Source: a virus
Taxonomy: Duplodnaviria; Caudoviricetes
Reading direction: 5' to 3' (one strand)
DNA length: 33,939 nucleotides
IMG/VR virus record: IMGVR_UViG_3300042868_002233
Span: 1 to 33,939 of that record
This document shows, one piece after another, positions 26,215 through 32,324 of this stretch (positions within the stretch are counted from its first letter, which is position 1; each line of letters starts with the position of its first letter). The translations under genes were made by a program, and so were the position numbers. Below the pieces are notes generated by a model. The model saw only the letters and a list, made by a program, of their open reading frames with translations. It made no database searches and had not been told where the DNA came from.

Positions 26215-26258
26215 GGTAATAAGCAGTTATTACGCTGTTATTAAGCAGTTATTACGCT
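26215..26258. repeat. Four tandem 11-bp units (iteron-like)
   Basis: GGTAATAAGCA GTTATTACGCT GTTATTAAGCA GTTATTACGCT; an exact 17-mer is repeated at a 22-bp period. Confidence 0.85.
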
Positions 26259-26307
26259 TATTTTCTAGGTGTTTTCCCTAATTTTGATAAAAAAACCCAT
26301 AAATCAA

Positions 26308-26336
26308 TTGCAAACAGTAAATAAACAGTTTACTAT
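26308..26336 (+). promoter_or_regulatory. Rightward early sigma70-type promoter with an overlapping operator-like palindrome
   Basis: TTGCAA (26308-13), 17 nt, TACTAT (26331-36); ATAAACAGTTTAC at 26321-33. Confidence 0.75.
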
Positions 26337-26379
26337 TCATTTACGGTCATTTGATCGGCAAACAAAATCGGAGAGAAAA

Positions 26380-26703
26380 ATGAAATACACAGTACATCAA
26401 ATCAACTTGTCAGATGACCAATACGCTGCTCATCGCGAGACATACCTAAACACAACATTTCGCCCAACAGACGAGGCAATTCTTGCAGCGCGTAGCTTGT
26501 ATGCACCAGTTGCAGAAATCAACACAACATCGCTCAATCAAGTTTTTAACATTGGTAACATCGGACCTGATTCTAAAATCAAGCGCCTCGCTCCAATGCA
26601 TTCTGTGTCAGTTGGCGATGTAATTATTGACGCAAACGGTGAGGCCGCATATGTATCAACATTTGGTTTTAAAAAAATGGGTTTTAATTTATTTGGCAAT
26701 TAA
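26380..26703 (+). CDS. YodL-like domain protein, 107 aa
   Basis: GGAG RBS then ATG 26380; Y.V.Q N-terminus, Y..VAEI....L..VF...N and MHSVSVGDVI...Y.VS.FGFK match the YodL-like pattern. Confidence 0.6.
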   Translation: MKYTVHQINLSDDQYAAHRETYLNTTFRPTDEAILAARSLYAPVAEINTTSLNQVFNIGNIGPDSKIKRLAPMHSVSVGDVIIDANGEAAYVSTFGFKKMGFNLFGN

Positions 26704-26708
26704 TTAAC

Positions 26709-26722
26709 GGGGCTTCGGCCCC
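26709..26722 (+). promoter_or_regulatory. GGGGC-UUCG-GCCCC tetraloop hairpin without a U-tract
   Basis: Perfect 5-bp GC stem with a C(UUCG)G loop between the first two early genes. Confidence 0.65.
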
Positions 26723-26740
26723 ATCACTCGGAGAGAAGAA

Positions 26741-26998
26741 ATGGACGATTTACAAGACTTACATCACCACCAGCAGCTGCAGCATCAAGAGCAACAGGCG
26801 CAGCCAGCATATTGCGACTATATCGCTCACATAACTAAAAGAGCCTTAAACGCACCTGACCCTTTAGCCATCATTTATGGTGCTGGTCGCATTCATTGGG
26901 ACTTAGGTCCAGAGGGTCAGTTTCTTAGTACCAAAAAGCATTTGTTTGTTGTGGATTGCAATGGCCGTCATTACAAAATAACCGTGGAGGAATTATGA
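26741..26998 (+). CDS. Hypothetical protein, 85 aa
   Basis: GGAG RBS; His/Gln-rich N-terminus; ATGA coupling to the next gene. Confidence 0.8.
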   Translation: MDDLQDLHHHQQLQHQEQQAQPAYCDYIAHITKRALNAPDPLAIIYGAGRIHWDLGPEGQFLSTKKHLFVVDCNGRHYKITVEEL

Positions 26999-27237
26999 GA
27001 GTAATTATGAAAGACACCAAAATTAACCTAGTTGCACATCATTTAGTCAGCAAGAAAAAGATAACCAGCTGGGAGGCAATTGAGCGCTATCACGCCACAC
27101 GCCTAGCGGACATCATTTTTGACCTTAAAGCAGAGGGTTGGGACATTGTTACCAATATGGTAAAAGAGCCGTCTGGTGTGCGTTACGCAGTCTATCGCTT
27201 GCTTTCAGTACCACGCAGAAGTCGGGTGTCAGCATGA
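26995..27237 (+). CDS. Winged-HTH protein (HTH_39-like), about 80 aa
   Basis: HL...KITSWEAIERY..TRLA.IIFDLK.EGWDI.T motif; GGAGG RBS. Confidence 0.8.
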   Translation: MRVIMKDTKINLVAHHLVSKKKITSWEAIERYHATRLADIIFDLKAEGWDIVTNMVKEPSGVRYAVYRLLSVPRRSRVSA

Positions 27238-27362
27238 GAAAAACTAACTTTGAGGCCAATAAATGGCAACGCAATGTGTTTACTAAAAAAGAATCTCCTT
27301 GGATGGAGGCCTTTGCTGCAGTAGGTTTGGTGGTCTTTATTTTACTTTTAGCATTTATTTAA
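27234..27362 (+). CDS. 42-aa protein with a C-terminal TM helix
   Basis: ATGA overlap; MRKTNFEANKWQRN...AFAAVGLVVFILLLAFI. Confidence 0.65.
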   Translation: MRKTNFEANKWQRNVFTKKESPWMEAFAAVGLVVFILLLAFI

Positions 27363-27373
27363 TCGGAGGGAAT

Positions 27374-27922
27374 ATGCAAAAAATAGCAACCGCGTTAGTC
27401 AAGGCACAAAAGGCCTTTGGACCTGCACTCAAATCGTCCACCAATCCACACTTCAAATCAAGATATGCCGACTTGGCAGCTTGCGTTGAGGCCGTGATTG
27501 ATGCCTTAAACGACAACGGTATCGCCTTGGTCCAACATTCCCATGAATGTGCGGATGGAATCATCATTGAGACTATTTTTATCCATGAGTCCGGTGAGAT
27601 GATTTCGGGTGGCAAACTCCATGTGCCAGCCACCAAACAGGATGCGCAGGGTTACGGGTCAGCAATGACCTATGCCCGCCGGTATTCGCTCCAGGCAGCT
27701 TGTGGTATTGCTCCAGAGGACGATGACGGCAACCAAGCATCGCGCCCAGTAAAACCTAAATCTACCCGCACCAAGGCAGAGATTGAGGCCCTGATTACGG
27801 CAGCCACATCAACCGACCAGTTAACTGCTACATGGAAAACATTGGCAGCAGACGAGCGCGAAATGGTGCGGGACTTTGCAGCCAAACATCACACCAAATT
27901 AAAAGGAGATCAAAATGCGTGA
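27374..27922 (+). CDS. erf: ERF-family single-strand annealing protein, 182 aa
   Basis: KSSTNPHFKSRYADL, HESGE and QGYGSAMTYARRYSL.AACGIAPEDDDGN signature; GGAGG RBS before ATG 27374. Confidence 0.92.
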   Translation: MQKIATALVKAQKAFGPALKSSTNPHFKSRYADLAACVEAVIDALNDNGIALVQHSHECADGIIIETIFIHESGEMISGGKLHVPATKQDAQGYGSAMTYARRYSLQAACGIAPEDDDGNQASRPVKPKSTRTKAEIEALITAATSTDQLTATWKTLAADEREMVRDFAAKHHTKLKGDQNA

Positions 27923-28562
27923 ACCAAATCCATTTCAACAAGACGGGACCTGGTGGAATAATCGCCTTGGTAAGTTAACCGGTTCTAGGATGGCTGCGGC
28001 CATGAACTTCCTAAAGTCTGGCAAAGAGTCTAGTGAGCGGGAGAACCTACGCTACGAGGTGGTGGCCGAGCGCATCACTAACACCTTTGCCGACAAGTAC
28101 ATGACCTCAGATATGCAATGGGGCGTGGAGCAGGAGGCCGCCGCTAAGGAGGCCTTTGAGACCCGCACCGGTTTAATGGTTAAGGATGTTGGCTTTATTG
28201 ATCATCCAAGTATTGACCATTGCGGAGTGAGCCCAGACGGGTTCGTGTCCGATGGATCGCTCATAGAAGTCAAATGCCCCAAGACTAAGACACACATGAA
28301 ATATGTGGCCAACCAAGCTATCCCACCGGAATACAAACCGCAGATGCTTTTGCAGTCAGCTTGTACCGGTAAGGATGTCTGGTTTGTGTCTTACGACCCG
28401 CGTATGGGCGAGGGTAAGGACCTATTTATTAAGAAATATGTCCCGACCCCAGAGGAGTTGGCCGAAGTAGAGGCAGCTGCTGAGAAGTTCTTAGCCGAGT
28501 GCGATGCCTTATTTGAGTTTTTTAATGATGAATCAAATTATTTTGATAAAGGGAGTTTTTAA
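27915..28562 (+). CDS. YqaJ/lambda-exonuclease family nuclease, 215 aa
   Basis: W...RLGKLTGS, MQWG.EQE..A, SPDG, IEVKCP, Y.PQM..Q and FVSYDPR. Confidence 0.92.
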   Translation: MREPNPFQQDGTWWNNRLGKLTGSRMAAAMNFLKSGKESSERENLRYEVVAERITNTFADKYMTSDMQWGVEQEAAAKEAFETRTGLMVKDVGFIDHPSIDHCGVSPDGFVSDGSLIEVKCPKTKTHMKYVANQAIPPEYKPQMLLQSACTGKDVWFVSYDPRMGEGKDLFIKKYVPTPEELAEVEAAAEKFLAECDALFEFFNDESNYFDKGSF

Positions 28563-28964
28563 ATGTTAATGATCGGATTAGCCCGCCTGGGCAACGACCC
28601 AGAGGTTCGGTTTACACCAGACGGCAAAGCAGTTATGGATTTGTCCTTGGCGTTCTCATATGGCCGTAAGGTTGATGGCAAGCAGCCGACCCAATGGGTC
28701 AACGGGACCATGTGGGGGGATAGATGCGAAAAATTAAGACCGCACCTCACCAAAGGCCAGCTATTGTTCGTCAGCATGACCGAACCCCATGTAGAAACCT
28801 ATAAGCGCCACGATGGCACCGAGGGTGTTACTTTAAGGGCTAGGGTGGGCGAATTAGAGTTTGCTGGGTCCAAACCCGATTCTCAGCCACAAACGCCCCA
28901 AAACGCTGGAAAATACCCCTCACGGTCCTATGCGGGTGACATTAACGATGACACGCCATTCTAG
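28563..28964 (+). CDS. ssb: Single-stranded DNA-binding protein, 133 aa
   Basis: RLGNDPEVRFT.DG OB-fold start, TQWV...WG, LTKGQ and acidic DDTPF tail. Confidence 0.92.
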   Translation: MLMIGLARLGNDPEVRFTPDGKAVMDLSLAFSYGRKVDGKQPTQWVNGTMWGDRCEKLRPHLTKGQLLFVSMTEPHVETYKRHDGTEGVTLRARVGELEFAGSKPDSQPQTPQNAGKYPSRSYAGDINDDTPF

Positions 28965-28973
28965 GGGGAGACC

Positions 28974-29228
28974 ATGAAAATGATCATAGCCGGGGTTTGT
29001 TTACTGTTTTTAAGCGGATGTGGCATCTTGCCTGACAAAAACGCTATGCCAGAGCAGGAGTTGATAGTCGATGAAAAAGTCCATTCTATGAGCCGTCTTG
29101 AGGTAGTGACGGCCATTCAGGATTGCCAGGTTGCTAGGACCAGAGCCGTAGTAATTTACGGTAAGCGCAAGGTCGGCGGTATGACCCGCGATATAGTTGT
29201 AGATGTTACTTGCGCACCGCTTTACTAA
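28974..29228 (+). CDS. Putative lipoprotein, 84 aa
   Basis: MKMIIAGVCLLFLSGC signal peptide II / lipobox; two further Cys. Confidence 0.75.
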   Translation: MKMIIAGVCLLFLSGCGILPDKNAMPEQELIVDEKVHSMSRLEVVTAIQDCQVARTRAVVIYGKRKVGGMTRDIVVDVTCAPLY

Positions 29229-29659
29229 GCATAAGGACGAGTACCGCTGCGATCAATAATCAATGCCTGTTGCCTGGGTTTATCCTCAGGGTTATTAGGG
29301 ATTGAGATATGGGTCCAGCGGTCAAACTCTCTGATAATCTGGTCGTAACCAAGTCCCGCAGCCATCACAGTTTTAACCACCTCATCGGGGGTCATGCCTG
29401 GCACCCGAATGTCGGCTGCGCACCCAATCCGGTGTTGGCTGGTGTCCTTAGAACCTACTGCTGCATTGACTTGCGCTGACCTAAAGGCAGAGTTGATCAT
29501 TACAGGTTTACCGCCTAAGACGGTTTTGACCTGTTCTAAGAACTTGGCTAGACGGTTTAAATTGGCCAGTTCATCAGGGTTTGGCGTATTGTCAAACTGC
29601 CGGTGGTCAGTAGTGGTCAACTCCTCTAGGCTAAAGTGGAGGGTAAGTGGAGTAATCAT
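29225..29659 (-). CDS. Endolysin, peptidase M15A-like, 144 aa
   Basis: HFSLEEL, INSAFRS..VN.AVG...SQH..GCAAD, DQIIREF..WTHIS Zn-peptidase motifs. Confidence 0.88.
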   Translation of the reverse strand: MITPLTLHFSLEELTTTDHRQFDNTPNPDELANLNRLAKFLEQVKTVLGGKPVMINSAFRSAQVNAAVGSKDTSQHRIGCAADIRVPGMTPDEVVKTVMAAGLGYDQIIREFDRWTHISIPNNPEDKPRQQALIIDRSGTRPYA

Positions 29660-30159
29660 TTTTTAATCATCCCTTTCATTTCTTCTGTTTTGTTTTTGCT
29701 GCCTTGGCTGGACCCAAAGTAAAAAGATAGAACTTGTCCCGCAGCCGAGGTTATAAACCCAAGAGCAAAAATAACCAATTGTTGCTGGTTGTCTGGCGTA
29801 TCAACAAACATCAACACACCAATTAGCACAAAGGCCAGACCTACAACACCAAGGGCTAACAAAGGTACAACCAACTTATCTAGCTTGGTTGCATATTGAG
29901 ATGTAGCCACCGCAGCATAAGCCTGGCGCGCAGAGTCGCGGTCAGCGACTTCTAATTTAGCGTACTCTAGGTCTAATTCTTTAAGTTTTAGGGTCATCTC
30001 AGGGTTGCCGGTTAGCGCCTTAGTAACGCCCTCGATGGTGTCATCATCAATGCCCAACTTAGATGCTATCCAGCCTACCGCAGCACCACCAGCTGGGCCA
30101 GCGACAGCAGTTGCTAATACGGGCGCGACCCCTTTAAGTATTCCTAATAGCGTATCCAT
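29656..30159 (-). CDS. Holin-like membrane protein, 167 aa
   Basis: Gly-rich hydrophobic N-terminus, DRDSAR, two C-terminal TM helices and FYFGSS; directly upstream of the endolysin. Confidence 0.65.
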   Translation of the reverse strand: MDTLLGILKGVAPVLATAVAGPAGGAAVGWIASKLGIDDDTIEGVTKALTGNPEMTLKLKELDLEYAKLEVADRDSARQAYAAVATSQYATKLDKLVVPLLALGVVGLAFVLIGVLMFVDTPDNQQQLVIFALGFITSAAGQVLSFYFGSSQGSKNKTEEMKGMIKK

Positions 30160-30230
30160 GAATTAATCCCTATACAAATAAATAAAATTGCTGCCATCCA
30201 AGTAACCACGAGTAGATCGTATCGATTCAT
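30144..30230 (-). CDS. 28-aa TM peptide MNRYDLLVVTWMAAILFICIGINSWIRY (not in ORF track)
   Basis: ATGA overlap with the upstream stop; hydrophobic helix; fills the gap. Confidence 0.45.
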   Translation of the reverse strand: MNRYDLLVVTWMAAILFICIGINSWIRY

Positions 30231-30487
30231 TTTTTAGACCTTTCTTCAAGCAGTTTGACCCGCACATGGAGGTCATGAATATCTTTGTAAATTTCTTCAC
30301 GCTGTTTTGCTCTGCGCTCGGCAGATATTGGGCTATCTGTTGGTACGCCTTCTGCGGTAATAAGGGCTGGCATCTTGCCCTCAATTTGGGTCAAGCGGGT
30401 TTGGAATGAGGATACCTGACCTAATAGCCACGCAATACAGGCTACCAAAATTGGTATTACCGCCTTTAGTACATCTTGCATATTCAT
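30227..30487 (-). CDS. N-terminal TM plus coiled-coil protein, 86 aa
   Basis: AVIPILVACIAWLLG TM; ATGA coupling. Confidence 0.75.
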   Translation of the reverse strand: MNMQDVLKAVIPILVACIAWLLGQVSSFQTRLTQIEGKMPALITAEGVPTDSPISAERRAKQREEIYKDIHDLHVRVKLLEERSKK

Positions 30488-30936
30488 TTTTTAGACCCCC
30501 ATACCATGTAATAAGCAATCCATGCTGCCACTAAAAAACACCAGAACTGCACCCATTTAACCTTTGCCAACTCTGCATCAAAATACTTCTTATCTTCTTT
30601 TTCCAGCTTTTCAATCTCGGCCTTAATGTCTATTAACTTCTGCCATTCTTTGGTGCCGTATTTCTTAATAAAATCTATCCGTAACTGGTATTCCTCATCG
30701 GAAATCTTCTTGCGGTGTTTATATTCCTCAAGGGCTTTAAATATGGCCCGTTCTTTCTTAAACTCCGCTTCCCTGCGTTCCCGAATCTTGGCGTTTGCTT
30801 GCTGCCTTGCTACATCAACCGCTTCTTTCTGTACTTCTTCAATGTTCTTGCCAATCTCACGACCAGCTTCCCTGCCTGTCTTAATCCCTTCGCTGATACC
30901 CTTGGCACCAGCCGATAACCCTAGTTCGTCTGCCAT
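30484..30936 (-). CDS. Coiled-coil protein with a C-terminal TM, 150 aa
   Basis: Charged helical body; WVQFWCFLVAAWIAYYMVW anchor. Confidence 0.75.
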   Translation of the reverse strand: MADELGLSAGAKGISEGIKTGREAGREIGKNIEEVQKEAVDVARQQANAKIRERREAEFKKERAIFKALEEYKHRKKISDEEYQLRIDFIKKYGTKEWQKLIDIKAEIEKLEKEDKKYFDAELAKVKWVQFWCFLVAAWIAYYMVWGSKK

Positions 30937-30942
30937 ATATCA

Positions 30943-31116
30943 TCATTTTTTTAGTCTTTGCCATATATCCGCAATTGGCGTTGAGTTGATTTCCCTCCAG
31001 CCAATACAGACGCAGGCAAACATAATAAATAAAAAGAAAGCAAACAAGACTGCAAAAATAATGACCGCAAAAATTGCGACAAATAAAGCAAACATATTGA
31101 GTATGGTCATTAACAT
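30943..31116 (-). CDS. 57-aa very hydrophobic membrane protein (not in ORF track)
   Basis: TAATG overlap; MLMTILNMFALFVAIFAVIIFAVLFAFFLFIMFACVCIGWREINSTPIADIWQRLKK. Confidence 0.65.
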   Translation of the reverse strand: MLMTILNMFALFVAIFAVIIFAVLFAFFLFIMFACVCIGWREINSTPIADIWQRLKK

Positions 31117-31331
31117 TAGTGAGCCATTAGCATAATTGTTAATACAAATAAAAGGATTAATATATAAATCCGTTTAGCCCAATATTGTTGATTTAAGATG
31201 CGCGGGTCGTGAATTAGGTAACTCTGCAACTCCAGCATATCCTCATCGTACTCAATGTATTTTGGCCTTAACGGGTTTAAATAATAAGCACAACCTATCT
31301 TAATTTTGCCATTGTTATATGGCACATCCAT
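31116..31331 (-). CDS. Hypothetical protein with a C-terminal TM, 71 aa
   Basis: TAATG coupling at both ends; IYILILLFVLTIML. Confidence 0.7.
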   Translation of the reverse strand: MDVPYNNGKIKIGCAYYLNPLRPKYIEYDEDMLELQSYLIHDPRILNQQYWAKRIYILILLFVLTIMLMAH

Positions 31332-31585
31332 TACCTATCGGCCTTATCTGCCAATCGGTCAAAAAACGATGCCATGATGCTTTCTAACTTGTCAAATCGA
31401 GCAGCCATTTCAACACGCACCTCTTTTAAATCATCCTTGCGAACATACAGTTCTGGCAAACCTTTTTCAATTTGGTGGATGTCTCTGCGCAATTCTTTGA
31501 CCGAGTCCCAAAGTTCTCTAGCAAACCAGCCAATGGACGCAATAATGCATCCAAGGCCAATATTGATAATAGTCTGCCATTCCAT
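31331..31585 (-). CDS. N-terminal TM plus coiled-coil protein, 84 aa
   Basis: QTIIN.G...IGWFARELW..V.EL..D...IE..LP..YV.KDD. Confidence 0.75.
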   Translation of the reverse strand: MEWQTIINIGLGCIIASIGWFARELWDSVKELRRDIHQIEKGLPELYVRKDDLKEVRVEMAARFDKLESIMASFFDRLADKADR

Positions 31586-31586
31586 A

Positions 31587-32321
31587 TTAGGTTTTCATTA
31601 TGTAGCAAAGCGCATAGTAAGGAGGCAGATTAGCGTTGGTTCCGCTTACTCCTGCCGTAGCAATTGTTGTGGCTACAGTAATACCAGTTACGGCAGATGC
31701 AGTATTGATTGATTGTGTACTAATAGAATCTGGTATTGATCCTGCGGCATTATTTGGAGCGCTTGCTGGTGCTGTGTAATTATGGACATGGCCAGGATCA
31801 GTAACAACAGATGTTGCCGAATGGTTATGGCTTACAACAACCGCATCTGCTGAACCACCAGTTGCATCTACCGCATAAGTTGAGCCTGCGCCTGCCACAA
31901 ATCTATTTCTTAGGTCTGGGGTGCCGTTTGACCCGTTACATAAAACATATCCAGCTGGAATTGATCCAATAGAACCAGACCATAACAAAATACCGCCAGA
32001 GGGTATTGGGGTTGCTGCCGGAGGAGTTGCGCCAATAATTCCATACAAATTATCATAAGTCTGTATGGTTACATTGCTTGAAGTTGCAAGTACAAATTTA
32101 TAGAAAAAACCCTCAGTTAACCAAATGGTAGAGGGTGGCCGGCCATCGGTTCCCAAAATAATTGGGTTGGTATTGGCAACAAGACCGCTAGAGTCTGTAT
32201 AAGATGTAAGCGGGGTAGTTGACCCAGCTTGGTAGGTATATAGTTTTCCAGCATTTAATGGCAAGCCATCATTATTAAAAAACTGAAAACCATTGCCTAT
32301 GGGGGATAGATTGACTGCCAT
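31587..32321 (-). CDS. Short tail fibre/spike with head-binding N-terminus and tail-collar domain, 244 aa
   Basis: QFF.NDGLPL.AGKLYTY.AG.TTP N-terminus; IPSGGILLWSG...IPAGYVLCNG.NGTPDLRNRF collar; NLPPYYALCYIMK end. Position matches the P22 gene 9 slot. Confidence 0.8.
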   Translation of the reverse strand: MAVNLSPIGNGFQFFNNDGLPLNAGKLYTYQAGSTTPLTSYTDSSGLVANTNPIILGTDGRPPSTIWLTEGFFYKFVLATSSNVTIQTYDNLYGIIGATPPAATPIPSGGILLWSGSIGSIPAGYVLCNGSNGTPDLRNRFVAGAGSTYAVDATGGSADAVVVSHNHSATSVVTDPGHVHNYTAPASAPNNAAGSIPDSISTQSINTASAVTGITVATTIATAGVSGTNANLPPYYALCYIMKT

Positions 32322-32324
32322 AAA

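Noticed and set aside
26215-26258. Possible mini-CRISPR array
   Set aside because: The units are contiguous 11-mers with no unique spacers, and there are no cas genes.
26269-26379. N-terminal extension of the 144-aa ORF
   Set aside because: It overlaps the promoter; the RBS supports ATG 26380.
30626-31135. 169-aa plus-strand ORF and the many other antisense ORFs in the track
   Set aside because: These are shadows of well-supported, translationally coupled minus-strand genes, with no RBS or motifs.
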